Shown: positions 10,015 to 20,488 of the stretch, piece after piece
How positions within the stretch are numbered: position 1 is the stretch's first letter
Layout of the letters: every line of letters begins with the position of its first letter
Program-made: the position numbers and the translations under genes
Notes under the pieces: generated by a model
What the model saw: the letters and a program-made list of their open reading frames with translations, nothing else
Told to the model about the DNA's origin: nothing
The model's database searches: none
From: Prevotella sp. UBA4339
Lineage (GTDB): Bacteria; Bacteroidota; Bacteroidia; Bacteroidales; Bacteroidaceae
NCBI GenBank assembly: GCA_002393725.1
Contig: DGTJ01000096.1
Span: forward strand, 952-64,951
DNA length: 64,000 bases
Direction: 5' to 3'

Positions 10015-13000
10015 CTATATCTTGAGTCTCAGTGAGAGTCCGTAGTAGAAACTGGGTATGTATCCGCTTCCGAAGAGCGATGTCTCAAGATCTGTCTGTG
10101 AGGCATGTACAGTCTTCATATTGCGGAAGAAATTGTTGGCATAGAATGACACCGATACGTGGTCTCCTATCTCCTTGGTAACACTCAGGTTGGCAGAGTA
10201 GTAGGCCGACAGGCGGTTTGGATTCATGGTGTAGGCATAGTTGGTGCGCACAACGAGTTTCGACAGGTCGCTGTAGAGAGCGGCATCATTGTCTCTTGCC
10301 CACAGGAATTTCTCTGCGAAGGGGATCAGTTCCTCTGGTGCATCCCATGTGGTGTAGTATTCCGGATATACGGCGATATACTTGTTTTCACTTGTTCCGT
10401 CGTACGGCTCTCCGAAGAAGTCGCTGCCCTGCTGCAGTACATATCCCCTGGTGGCATCGCTCAGTTCGCTAAGCTGCCGGCGGTAGTTATAGAGTGTAGT
10501 TTCCAGGCGCAGGGCTATAATCATCCTTATTTTGGGTATGTGGGTAGTCAGTGTCAGGTTCAGGCTGGTCTGCTTCTGAAGGATGCCGTTGCTTACTGAT
10601 GCATTGGCACTGCTTCCTGCACTGGTGGAGTTGGCACCTCGGTACCATCCTACATAGGCATACGGCACGTTGCCTGTCATGGTGCTGCTTACTCCTAAGG
10701 GGATATCAGCGAAAAGCATGTCGTCGATACCTTTATAATAGTAATAGTTACCGTCGAGACGTATACTTGTGCGCAGTGGCTTTATCTGTGCAAAATCGAT
10801 GATCCACTCCAAGCCGTATCGGCTTACGGCATTGCCATTGGTGAAGCGGTTGTTTACGGCGTATGTGTTGCGTTGCAGATAGGGCAGTGTAGCTGGTGCT
10901 ACAGCTCCCGTTGCATCAGTCAGTGTTACAATGCCTGTCTGCTGGTCTATACTGAATTGTCGGTTTGCTGCACTGATGCCGCTGCCGTTAAGAGCTGATG
11001 GCGGGGTATATCGGTAGGTCATCGGTGTGAAGACATCTGATGACATATATGACCGGCATGTCTTGTTATGGAATGCTGAGATAGAGATGTGTGTCCCCTT
11101 TATGTCTGCCTCCAGTCCGATGTCAGTCTGGTTGGTGTATTGCCATCTGAGGTCTGGATTATAGAGTGCTTTTGAGGGATAGGTGTGATAAGCGTAGTAG
11201 GAGCGGTTGTCTCCTGTGCTTGTAGAGGCAAAGGCCAGCCGGTCAGTATATGACGGTGTGGGATAGAGCACCTGGAATGAAGGCAGTTTTACGCTCTTGC
11301 CCCATCCGGCATGTAGGATAAGACTGCTCACCCATCGCTTCCGCTGATTGCGCCAGAAGATATATCGTGAGTTTACTCGTGGCGACAGGCTGCTGACGGT
11401 TCCATATTCAGAGCCACTGATGAAGGTGATGTCATCTCTTAGTCCTGCTGTCAGTTCCAGTGACGACAGTTTGCCGGTAGGCAGGATTATCTTGTCTTCG
11501 GCATATAAGGCCAGGTTGTTCATCGTTGGCAGTTCGTCGTATCGGTATTCGCGCCAGGTAGGGGCATAGCGCATGTCGTCGTAATAGGTGCCACGACCGT
11601 TATTGCGGCTTCCGCTGTAGTCGATGCCTGCTTTTATGTGATTTGTAATTTGTGGAATGTGGAAACTGTGATGCCAGTCGGCTTTCAGCTTCAGCGACCA
11701 GGAGAGGGGCTTTGAGTCATTGAAGCCGAGGACGTACCAGTATCCTGTCGGTCCGAGTATGATGTTGTTTTCCTTTGTGTCGTCGTAGTCCTGGGCTATA
11801 AAGTATCCCTCTTCCTTGGTGTGTAGGTAGGGTTGTGTAGAAGCACTGCTGGTGCTGCTGTAACTTTCCGTCTTCTTGTCTGAGTAGGAGAATGAGCCTT
11901 TCAGTGAGAGATTGGTGAGCCAAGGCTTGTTCAGCAGCCAGTTCAGGTCGATGTGCGTACGCAGTGAGTTGTCGCGTACCTTAGTATAGTCATCCAGCTG
12001 CTCATCAGGATCAGCTTCTGAGTTGTATCCTCCAATGTTGCCTGTCAGCCCTATATTCAATGTCAGCGGCATCTGCTCTCGCATAAGTACTTTCATATAG
12101 TTAAGCGACAGGATGTTGCGCTGGTAGGCAGTGTTTGGCGATGCTGCATCACTGAAGGAGCGGGCATGCTCCAGTGAGACGTTCAGCAGGCCGAGGTTAT
12201 GCCGAAGGTCAAAGCCTTTGTTGAGGGATATCTGGCGAGTGTGCTGGTTTAATTTGCCTTCCACGATAAATGGCGACTTTCCCTTTCGGGTGTTTACTTT
12301 TACCACACCATTAGAGAGATCACCGTATTCTACCGACGGAATGCCAGTCACAATCTCCACGCTCTCAATGTTCGAGGCACTGATGTTACGTGTAGAAGCT
12401 CCTGTGGTTTCACCTGTCATCGCATTGTTGTCGAGTCGTACACCGTCTACTTCTACTGCTGTACCGAACGAGGCATTTCCTTTCTCCTGACTGTTGCTCC
12501 TGAGTGCCATCCTGCTATCGTCCATGAGTGAGGGATTGACGGTCTTACCGCCAGGCAGCAGAGTGGCAATGTCTCCGATATTGAGAATCTGCTGCTGGTC
12601 GAGGGCTGTACGGTCTATGGTGTATGAGGTAGTGGCTTCGTTCTGTTTACGTTTGGCAGTAATTGTCACTTCCTCCAGCCGCAGGTCTTCTGGCTTCAGC
12701 CTGATGTTTAATCGGGGAATATCCTTTGTTATGGTGATGGGCAGAGTCTGAGTGGCATAGCCCAGGCACTGTATTGTCAGAGTAACCTTGCCGGTGGGAA
12801 CACCCTTTATAGTGAAGTGCCCTTCAGCATCGGTGATTGCCCATCTGCCATTCTCCTTCATCAGAACACTTGCAAACTCCACTGGTTGCCTATTGCTATT
12901 GTCGGTGACCTTACCAGCCACGGTAACTTGTTGGGCGGATATGGTGGAGAGGTGGAGGAGGAAGACGATGAGGAAGGAGAAATGTGGAATGTGGAATGTG

Positions 13001-13134
13001 GAATGTGGAATGAGAATACTCCAAGCACGGATATCATTCCACATTGAAGATTGAACATTGAAGATTGAACATTGAATATTTCTCATTCTTGCGTTCCTTT
13101 GGCAGCAAGCGGCAAGCCGATTACCACATTTCAC
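10015..13134 (-). CDS. TonB-dependent receptor with N-terminal carboxypeptidase-like regulatory domain; start uncertain
   Basis: GKVTD..PVEFASV N-terminal domain; plug motif IESVEIVTGIPSVEYGDLSNGVV; NPDLRWQ; barrel C-terminus. Confidence 0.9.
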   Translation of the reverse strand: MKCGNRLAACCQRNARMRNIQCSIFNVQSSMWNDIRAWSILIPHSTFHIPHFSFLIVFLLHLSTISAQQVTVAGKVTDNSNRQPVEFASVLMKENGRWAITDAEGHFTIKGVPTGKVTLTIQCLGYATQTLPITITKDIPRLNIRLKPEDLRLEEVTITAKRKQNEATTSYTIDRTALDQQQILNIGDIATLLPGGKTVNPSLMDDSRMALRSNSQEKGNASFGTAVEVDGVRLDNNAMTGETTGASTRNISASNIESVEIVTGIPSVEYGDLSNGVVKVNTRKGKSPFIVEGKLNQHTRQISLNKGFDLRHNLGLLNVSLEHARSFSDAASPNTAYQRNILSLNYMKVLMREQMPLTLNIGLTGNIGGYNSEADPDEQLDDYTKVRDNSLRTHIDLNWLLNKPWLTNLSLKGSFSYSDKKTESYSSTSSASTQPYLHTKEEGYFIAQDYDDTKENNIILGPTGYWYVLGFNDSKPLSWSLKLKADWHHSFHIPQITNHIKAGIDYSGSRNNGRGTYYDDMRYAPTWREYRYDELPTMNNLALYAEDKIILPTGKLSSLELTAGLRDDITFISGSEYGTVSSLSPRVNSRYIFWRNQRKRWVSSLILHAGWGKSVKLPSFQVLYPTPSYTDRLAFASTSTGDNRSYYAYHTYPSKALYNPDLRWQYTNQTDIGLEADIKGTHISISAFHNKTCRSYMSSDVFTPMTYRYTPPSALNGSGISAANRQFSIDQQTGIVTLTDATGAVAPATLPYLQRNTYAVNNRFTNGNAVSRYGLEWIIDFAQIKPLRTSIRLDGNYYYYKGIDDMLFADIPLGVSSTMTGNVPYAYVGWYRGANSTSAGSSANASVSNGILQKQTSLNLTLTTHIPKIRMIIALRLETTLYNYRRQLSELSDATRGYVLQQGSDFFGEPYDGTSENKYIAVYPEYYTTWDAPEELIPFAEKFLWARDNDAALYSDLSKLVVRTNYAYTMNPNRLSAYYSANLSVTKEIGDHVSVSFYANNFFRNMKTVHASQTDLETSLFGSGYIPSFYYGLSLRLKI

Positions 13135-13247
13135 ATTCTTGCATCCCTTTGGTGGAATATTCTTATGCGGCTATTACATTTCTCATTCCACATTCCACAT
13201 TCCACATTTCTCATTCCACATTCCACATTTCTCATTCCACATTCCCC
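12982..13247. repeat. Composite MITE-like repeat, copy 2
   Basis: Shares TACTCCAAGCACGGAYATCAT, a variant of the 24-mer (13088-13111), CAAGCCGRTTAC and heptamer termini with copy 1; carries extra TTGAACA/TTGAAGA heptamers. Confidence 0.75.
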
Positions 13248-13997
13248 TCATTTCTCCTCCTTGCACTCGTGTGGAGCAGGAACTTCTGCCTTGATGCCCA
13301 TTTTGTGGATTTCTGCCAATAGCTGTTCTGCCGATAGTTCTTTGCAGAAGTATGTTACAGCCAGTGTATTACGGCGAGTGTTAACATTCACGTCATCTAC
13401 AGCATCCAGAGCCAGGATATTGTCGATTGTCTCCTGTGTGGCTGCAGAAGCAGGAATGTTATAGTATGCCCAGCCTATCTTGTCGCTGGTGTAATAGTTA
13501 ACTGGAGTGTAGCCCAGTTTGTTGATAGCTGTCCGTATGCTGTCCCTGCAAGTGCGGTTGGCATCGTAGCGGATAAACATATAGTGCTTGTCCAAATGAG
13601 GTGCCAATGAGTCGATGCCATCCATCTTGTTCAGACGAGCCATGATTCTTTCGGCACATTTCTGACAGTGCATATCGTCCATTCGCTGACCATATCCTCG
13701 CTTGATAACCTCTGTTGGGCTATAAGCCTTTGCTTTGTATCTGCCTGTAGCAGCCAGGAGTGAATAGATGGAGTCTGTGCAGGTCTGCTGAGGGTCGTAG
13801 GCGATTTTTACCGTACGGCGCTCGTAATTGAATTGCAGTTCACCTACACCAGGGTTCTTACGGAGTGCTGTCTTCACTTTGTGTCCGCACTCTTCACAAC
13901 GCATACCGTTGATGCGGACTGTGATAGTGTCACTATTGGCAGCCATAGCTCCTATAGAAAGTATTGAAGCAATGGCCAGGATAATAATTTTCTTCAT
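13248..13997 (-). CDS. Exported heavy-metal-associated (HMA) domain protein, 2-3 domains
   Basis: Signal peptide; GMRCEEC and DMHCQKC metal-binding motifs; third domain lacks CxxC. Confidence 0.85.
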   Translation of the reverse strand: MKKIIILAIASILSIGAMAANSDTITVRINGMRCEECGHKVKTALRKNPGVGELQFNYERRTVKIAYDPQQTCTDSIYSLLAATGRYKAKAYSPTEVIKRGYGQRMDDMHCQKCAERIMARLNKMDGIDSLAPHLDKHYMFIRYDANRTCRDSIRTAINKLGYTPVNYYTSDKIGWAYYNIPASAATQETIDNILALDAVDDVNVNTRRNTLAVTYFCKELSAEQLLAEIHKMGIKAEVPAPHECKEEK

Positions 13998-14761
13998 TTT
14001 GCAATATATTTTTTTCCGTTATTAATTAATAGTCCACCTTGGTTGGCTGTTGCCTTGTGTCCTGTAAGGTCGTATGTCTGGTTGCCTGTTTGTATATTGG
14101 CTTTTATGTTGTTGATACCCGTAGGGGCAGCCGAAGGACAATCCCAGAGTTCGCTCCATGGGATGAATTTCAGATTGTCAGCAGTGGTCTCGAGTGTAGC
14201 TGTCAGGCGTTCCATCATTTTTTCGCTCACTGGCAGATACAGGTGTTCGCCTTCCTCCAAGTCGCAGGATTGATATTGTTCGGAGGCATATTTTTCGTCG
14301 CGTTCAAAGCCGACGTGCCCTTCTGTGTTTACAAACTTGTAGACACGCTTGTCTTTCTGGGTGACGGTTCCTGACTCTGCAGCCCAATAAGCACTGGTAG
14401 AAAAGAATTGCTTAGTGGCTTCGCGGTCAGTAAATGTCAAAGTATATAAACCGGGGGTGGCTGTCAGTATCAGACCAGAGTTGCTACTGGTGGAATGAGC
14501 TATTACCACTTCTTCGCCCAGTTCCTGATTGTTGAATCGCAGTCCGGGAGACGAAATGTTGCCCGAGCCAAAGAAATTGCTTACTATAACACCGGCAGGA
14601 CCAGTAAAGTTGCCACTTGGTTTGATAGCCAGATGACCCGTTGAAGGTATGACAACTGTAGTGTCCCTGTCTTCTGCTGACATATTCAGGCAGCAAAGGC
14701 TTAAGCACATTCCGATAGTCAGTTTCCTGATAGAATTTAATTTGTAATACTTAATTTTCAT
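13994..14761 (-). CDS. Hypothetical secreted protein with short T9SS-type C-terminal domain
   Basis: C-terminal PTGINNI..YDLTG..LINNGKKYIAK; start moved from 14800 (repeat-derived) to ATG 14761. Confidence 0.7.
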   Translation of the reverse strand: MKIKYYKLNSIRKLTIGMCLSLCCLNMSAEDRDTTVVIPSTGHLAIKPSGNFTGPAGVIVSNFFGSGNISSPGLRFNNQELGEEVVIAHSTSSNSGLILTATPGLYTLTFTDREATKQFFSTSAYWAAESGTVTQKDKRVYKFVNTEGHVGFERDEKYASEQYQSCDLEEGEHLYLPVSEKMMERLTATLETTADNLKFIPWSELWDCPSAAPTGINNIKANIQTGNQTYDLTGHKATANQGGLLINNGKKYIAK

Positions 14762-14801
14762 TTCTTTTATTATTCCTTTAATACATTCCACATTCCACAT
14801 T

Positions 14802-16331
14802 TTAATACCACAGACCTACAGAAATACCTGCCTGAAGTCTGTTGAGATTATCTTTTGCGACAGCATAGTTGCCGTAGGCACTGACAAACCAGTTACGAGT
14901 GAATTTCTCGATGGTGATGGGCAACTGATACGTTATCTTCAGCCGTCCGTCGAAATAGTCTTTATTGAGAATATCCATATCTGGCAGGAGTACAGCTTGG
15001 GCATAATCGGTAGTCGCATCGTAAAGAGACAAGTCTGCCTTAGTGGAGAAATGATAACCAACCTTCGCCTCAGCCCACAGGTGGTTGCTGAAGAGAGGCA
15101 CTCCACCCTCCAACATGAGATGGGTGCTGGCATATTTCAGTTCTGAGGTGTTGAGCAGATGCTTGTTGGTGACACTCTGTAGCATAGCGGTTGCCCCGAA
15201 GTAGGTGCTTACATTATTATCATTAGCCAGTGAACAATGGTAGCGAAGACTTATGTCTGTCTTCTTCATTTGGTATCGCTTCTTATATGTAAAGACCGTG
15301 TTCCAACAGATGGAGTTGAAACCGGTGACACTGTCAGTCTGGCTGATGCGCTCCTGACGATATTCATCTGCATAGGCCTCTTCGTAGTTGATAGAGAGGT
15401 CTGCCGAATGCAGCAGGCGTTCTGTCTTCATGCGGTTACGGGTGTTGAATCCGAATCTGTTGTTGTAATATCTGCCCGGCTCGTATTTGTTGGTGCCGTA
15501 GACATATTCCGTTCCGTGAGCCAGGGTAAGACTGTTAAGGCTATGGAATGAAAGACTGCTGTATCCGTATGTCAGTTCTGCTCCTAATTCATGATTTACG
15601 TATTCTCTCATATAGCCGTTGTAGCCACCGATGGTGCCAGTGGCATTTTCCAGACCTGTCATCACGTAGTATTTCAGATTGGGGTCTGTCTGAACTGTGG
15701 TGAGGCTTGGAAGTTTCTCTTTCCTACGGTCATAGTGTGCTGCAAGACCAAAGGTGCTGTTCCCTGTGGAGTAGGTTATTGCCGGTGTGAAGCGGTACTG
15801 TGCCAGGTTGATACGTGAACGGGGGTCACGAAGCCTTGACAAGTCACCTACTTTATAAAAGAGGTTGGCACCGTATGTGAATCCAGACAATTTTACTGAG
15901 GCGAGCGAGGCGTTGAGTTCGAAGTCCTGGTTGTCGTATTTGCCTGCTACGCTATTGCCGGAGATGAATGGATTGCTGTTATAGCTGCGTATTACGTCGC
16001 TCCAGGCTCTGTCTTTAGTGCGTCCCATATCAAATCGGAAAGCCCCATAGCCATAGAGATACTTGCCTATCTTCTGATAGCGTTCGGTAAAGAATGCCAG
16101 ATTGTTGTTCATCCCTCCATCCTGTACACGATGCAGGTCTCCGTCAAGATGGCAATAGTCAAAGTATGCTATGCCTCTGTTGGCAGCAGAATCCAGCGAG
16201 AGTCCTGCTGCATTCTGTGTCAGTCGCCACAATTGGGTTTCGTCGGCATATCTGTAGCTTTGTGTCGATACGGTCTGGGCAGTGACACCAGCAGCGTAAG
16301 CCAATAGTATTATGTTGAATATTCTTCTCAT
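14802..16331 (-). CDS. Outer-membrane beta-barrel protein (DUF6850-like)
   Basis: WRLTQNAAGL, SRLRDPRSR, aromatic C-terminus. Confidence 0.75.
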   Translation of the reverse strand: MRRIFNIILLAYAAGVTAQTVSTQSYRYADETQLWRLTQNAAGLSLDSAANRGIAYFDYCHLDGDLHRVQDGGMNNNLAFFTERYQKIGKYLYGYGAFRFDMGRTKDRAWSDVIRSYNSNPFISGNSVAGKYDNQDFELNASLASVKLSGFTYGANLFYKVGDLSRLRDPRSRINLAQYRFTPAITYSTGNSTFGLAAHYDRRKEKLPSLTTVQTDPNLKYYVMTGLENATGTIGGYNGYMREYVNHELGAELTYGYSSLSFHSLNSLTLAHGTEYVYGTNKYEPGRYYNNRFGFNTRNRMKTERLLHSADLSINYEEAYADEYRQERISQTDSVTGFNSICWNTVFTYKKRYQMKKTDISLRYHCSLANDNNVSTYFGATAMLQSVTNKHLLNTSELKYASTHLMLEGGVPLFSNHLWAEAKVGYHFSTKADLSLYDATTDYAQAVLLPDMDILNKDYFDGRLKITYQLPITIEKFTRNWFVSAYGNYAVAKDNLNRLQAGISVGLWY

Positions 16332-17548
16332 TTGTACTCTCTTGGATTGAAGTCTGTGCCGACGGTAAAGTCGTTCTGGCTATTATTAGTGTCCACAAGA
16401 ATTCTGCGACCTTCTGGAGTCACCGACTCTGTCTTACGGCATACTGTCTCGCCGTTATAGCCGTTGGTAGCATTGATATATGTATATCCGGCATCGATGT
16501 AGTTGAGGAGTCGCTTGGTATTAGCGTCAACTCCTGTCTGGGCCTTGTTCTGCAGGATTTCTATACCGTCGATGATACTACTTGTTGGAATCTTCATAAA
16601 ACGGTTACCCTTCGTCTTGCCGTATGCAAAGGTTGTTGGCCAGTTGGCTACATCCTCGTCTGTGCTGAAGATGACGATAGAGCACGGACCGCTCTGTACC
16701 AGATTGAGGTATGTGAGGCTGGGGTAGGTGGTGTAAACCAGTTCCAGTGCCGGTGTGTCAGGATTGTTTGTGGTACGTCCCTGCATGTCTTTGGCTTCGA
16801 AGTCGGCATCCAGCAGGTTGCGCTCCAACTCGCCATTGGGACGATGGTCGATGGCACTGTTTGCCAATAATACGGTTCCTCCAGGCTGAACGCTATAGCC
16901 CTGACTGTATGTAGGGATGCGGAACACCTGCTTTGCGACTACTGTATCAGGTATTTGCCCTGGCGTATAGGCAATAGTGCTTTCCGATTCCATCAGAGCG
17001 ATATACAGTCCGCTGACATCCTGTGACTCATCGGAGTTATTATAAAGTTCGATGTATTTACCTGCTATGTAGTTCTTGTTGTTCGTATCCTTGCTGCCGG
17101 CATAGTACACCTTTCCTATTATCATCGACTGGTCTCTGGTGACGCTCATGTTGAGGGTGAGGGTCTTTTCATCTGAGAGCATCTGACTGCTGAGGCTGCC
17201 AGATACAGTATATTTTCCATTCATTACCGTCTCTCCTGTCATAGAGCCGTATTCATTTGCCGTCATCTTCCATGAGGCTGCAATGTCATAGACATCAGGC
17301 ACAATGTTCTGGAAGGTAGCGATGCCGCCAGCGTCAGTCTGTGCCGAGATGGTCTGACCTCCAAGGGTCAGCGTCACGGTATGGTTGCTGAGGTCTGCCT
17401 GTGTCAGGTCGGTAGGCATTTGTAGTTGCACTTTTACCGAGAAGGCTTGAGTGGCATCGTCAAAATCGATGCAGGATAAGAGGAGGAAGGAGAATACTAA
17501 TGCCGCTATAGGAATCCTTCGGAAGTGCTTATTTATGCAGGTAATCAT
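16328..17548 (-). CDS. DUF4876-like lipoprotein
   Basis: Lipobox LLSC; KVYYAGSK, YIELYNNS, IIDGIE, IDAGY, DTNNSQNDF. Confidence 0.8.
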   Translation of the reverse strand: MITCINKHFRRIPIAALVFSFLLLSCIDFDDATQAFSVKVQLQMPTDLTQADLSNHTVTLTLGGQTISAQTDAGGIATFQNIVPDVYDIAASWKMTANEYGSMTGETVMNGKYTVSGSLSSQMLSDEKTLTLNMSVTRDQSMIIGKVYYAGSKDTNNKNYIAGKYIELYNNSDESQDVSGLYIALMESESTIAYTPGQIPDTVVAKQVFRIPTYSQGYSVQPGGTVLLANSAIDHRPNGELERNLLDADFEAKDMQGRTTNNPDTPALELVYTTYPSLTYLNLVQSGPCSIVIFSTDEDVANWPTTFAYGKTKGNRFMKIPTSSIIDGIEILQNKAQTGVDANTKRLLNYIDAGYTYINATNGYNGETVCRKTESVTPEGRRILVDTNNSQNDFTVGTDFNPREYK

Positions 17549-17564
17549 AATTTTCGATATTCAG

Positions 17565-20330
17565 TTAGAGATTAAAAAACAGTACCACACCGAAGGAGAA
17601 GTTGCCAGTGTTCCTTTGCGTCAGTGTATTGCTTGTCGAAGAACTCATGAACGGCTCGTAAAAGAGCACGTTGTTGGCATAGAAGGAGAAACCAGCCGAG
17701 CGCCCCAGTTCTTTTGTCAGACGGGCTGAGAGATTCCATGTCACGGGGTTCTTCGTCGGGATGTTGTCACGTGAGACGATAGCTTCGTCTTTTAGTGCGA
17801 TACTCTCCATATCACTGGGCTTTGTAGGATAGTATGAACCATCGATGCCCAGATAGCCGTTCATCATTTCACTTGTGATATCGTGGGTCTGCAGGTCGCT
17901 TGTGATCCATGCGATGGGGTCCTTGCTGGCCACGTAGCTCAGGTTGGAGTTGTGCCAGATCACTTGTGCTGTCAGCGATGCCACCATTCTCAGCTCCGGG
18001 ATATTGGTAACCAGTCGCAGGGTGCTCACAAATCGGCGGTAGCGGCTATAGTCCAGTTCTGAGGGATATACGATCTTGAATGGAGCAGTGCCGTATTGAC
18101 GATAGGCGGTGAAATTGTTTATGGGGTTGCTGGCATTCAGGTTCTTCGAGTAGTCCTTACTCTCCTGCCAGGCCCCCGACAGATATACCGATGTGTTGAG
18201 AGGCTTGATCTTGCCGAAGTCCATATCTACCTCAATACCTTTATTTATGCTGACGCTGGTATTGCCTATCATGCCTGTTGTCGTCCAGTATGGTGTGGTG
18301 CGGGCTGGATTGCCGTAGTCTATTGTCGTAGGCTGTCCGGGAGTGATTATCAGACCTGCATTCTGATCGTAGTAGTTCACGTAGTACATCTGATACTGTG
18401 TCAGGTTACTGAAGCCGTTGGGTGTCTTGTCGCGATAGGCGGTGATGCTCAGCTTATGATTTCCTGGCAACTTGATATCCACTCCTGCCTCTATCTTTGT
18501 GGTAGTGGCGTTCTTCAGATCCTTGGAGTATTCCACGTCGTAAACGAAAGTATGGTAGTTCAGCAGTTGTGCTGCTGCATCGTTTTGGGGCATATAGCTG
18601 GCAGCCACGTGGTCGCTGTAGTGCTTGTCGGGATAGAGATAGTTGAGTCCTGGGGTTTTCGAGTTCAGTCCGATGCCTCCTCTCAGGCTGAGCCAGTCGG
18701 CAAGTTCGAGTGTCAGGTTCAGACGAGGTGAGAGTGCCAGTGTGCGTACTTCATCGAAGGGCTGAAGGGCGGTGAATCTCACTCCCGCCTGCACTCTCAG
18801 ATTGCGCTTCCCCCAGTATTGCCAGCTGAGGTTGTCTTCTGCGAACAGAGCTATCTGGTGCAGTCCCGGTACATCGCTGAAGGCTCTTGGGCGCCCGCTG
18901 CTGTTGGGGCGCAGAGGATGGCGCTCGTCTTCGTTATAGTAGCCCTTGCCACTGTTCCAGGTGTATGAATAGTCAAGCCCCGTCTTGAATCGCTGATATA
19001 CTTTGCCAGATTTAAGAAAGAAAGCATTGTTGGCCTTGACATACAGATTGCCGGGACGACTCTCTGATACACCTGTTGCCTGATATGAGGCATTCTCCCA
19101 AGGTATGTTATGATAGCCGGTCTCGCGGGCTGTGATGATAGGTATCAGTCCGCTACTTGTACCCACGAAGGCTGTATTGCGAGCATCGGTCTGGGTCAGT
19201 GACAGTCCGATGGTGTAGGAGATGTTTCTTGAGAAGAGGCGGTCGACGGTGATCTTGCCATTATGTGTCAGGCTGATTGTCTGGTTTTTGTTCTTCGACT
19301 CTGTACCATCCTGAATGGCGTCAGGGTCTTTTCCGCTCCAGTCCTTGCTCAGCATATATCGCAGCTTGGTGTCGGTATGCCATTTGCGGCTCAGGTCGAT
19401 ACCGTAGCCGGCACTGAAGTTATATCGGTTGTACGAACGGGTCTTCTGTCGTGGGTCGCCCCAGGCCTTGGCATAGTCGAGGTTGAAGTTCAGCACACCG
19501 GCTTTGTTCATCTTCAGGCCTTTGCCGAGCGAATAGTTCATCAATCCGGGATTCACCTTGCCTTTCACCTGCCAGGGGGTGACACCGATCTTAGAGTGCA
19601 CCACCACCAGTCCGCTTGTAAGGTCGCCGTATTCTGCAGACGGTATGCCACGCACCACCTCTACCTCCTCGATGTCGTCGGCATTCACCTGTCGCAGGTC
19701 TGTGCCGGTGAAAGAGGTGGCGGAGAAGTCGCCTTGCGATACATTTCCGTTGTTCGACATCGGCACACCGTCTACGATGACGCTTGAGCCAAAGGCAGCG
19801 GTATTGTTGTTCGACAGCTGGCGAATCTGAAGATTCTGCTGGGAGGTCATATCTACATTACCCATCAGATGACCTGGGATGAGCTGCATCACGTCGGCCA
19901 GGGAGGTGGCTTGAAGGTGGTCGATGGCCTGCCTGCCGATAATGCTGCTGGTAGAGGTGCCTGAGGCGTTCCTGCGGGCAGTGACAGTTACCTCCTTCAG
20001 GGCCAGGCTGCTCTCCTGCATACTTAAAAATAGTGATAGCGGCTTGTCGACTTTCACTTGTTGGCGGATGGTTTCGAAGCCTATATAACTTATTATGAGG
20101 GTATAATTACCCACCGGGATGCCGCTCAATGTAGCGTTTCCCTCCAGGTCGGTGACGGCATAAATGCCGATTGGCTCTAACTGACAGGTAGCCATAACTA
20201 TGGGCTCCTTCGAGGCTTTCTCGCTGACTTTCAGGCGGATATGAAATCCATTCTTAGCGGGTTGGGCCGATAGAGTGACCACTGACAGGCATGACAGTAT
20301 TAATAGTGCGAAGATATGTAGTTGACGCAT
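17565..20330 (-). CDS. TonB-dependent receptor
   Basis: Signal peptide; plug motif IEEVEVVRGIPSAEYGDLTSGLV; barrel C-terminus. Confidence 0.9.
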   Translation of the reverse strand: MRQLHIFALLILSCLSVVTLSAQPAKNGFHIRLKVSEKASKEPIVMATCQLEPIGIYAVTDLEGNATLSGIPVGNYTLIISYIGFETIRQQVKVDKPLSLFLSMQESSLALKEVTVTARRNASGTSTSSIIGRQAIDHLQATSLADVMQLIPGHLMGNVDMTSQQNLQIRQLSNNNTAAFGSSVIVDGVPMSNNGNVSQGDFSATSFTGTDLRQVNADDIEEVEVVRGIPSAEYGDLTSGLVVVHSKIGVTPWQVKGKVNPGLMNYSLGKGLKMNKAGVLNFNLDYAKAWGDPRQKTRSYNRYNFSAGYGIDLSRKWHTDTKLRYMLSKDWSGKDPDAIQDGTESKNKNQTISLTHNGKITVDRLFSRNISYTIGLSLTQTDARNTAFVGTSSGLIPIITARETGYHNIPWENASYQATGVSESRPGNLYVKANNAFFLKSGKVYQRFKTGLDYSYTWNSGKGYYNEDERHPLRPNSSGRPRAFSDVPGLHQIALFAEDNLSWQYWGKRNLRVQAGVRFTALQPFDEVRTLALSPRLNLTLELADWLSLRGGIGLNSKTPGLNYLYPDKHYSDHVAASYMPQNDAAAQLLNYHTFVYDVEYSKDLKNATTTKIEAGVDIKLPGNHKLSITAYRDKTPNGFSNLTQYQMYYVNYYDQNAGLIITPGQPTTIDYGNPARTTPYWTTTGMIGNTSVSINKGIEVDMDFGKIKPLNTSVYLSGAWQESKDYSKNLNASNPINNFTAYRQYGTAPFKIVYPSELDYSRYRRFVSTLRLVTNIPELRMVASLTAQVIWHNSNLSYVASKDPIAWITSDLQTHDITSEMMNGYLGIDGSYYPTKPSDMESIALKDEAIVSRDNIPTKNPVTWNLSARLTKELGRSAGFSFYANNVLFYEPFMSSSTSNTLTQRNTGNFSFGVVLFFNL

Positions 20331-20488
20331 AAACGTTTTCTTCTTTTACAGGTTGCAAAAGTACAAAAATTAACAATAAGTGGCAATACCTAAAATTGGG
20401 GATATTTGCATAAATTGGATTGCGCGCTCGTGGAATTTCGGAAAAAGTTGCTACCTTTGCACAAATTTTAATCAAACTTAATCACATT

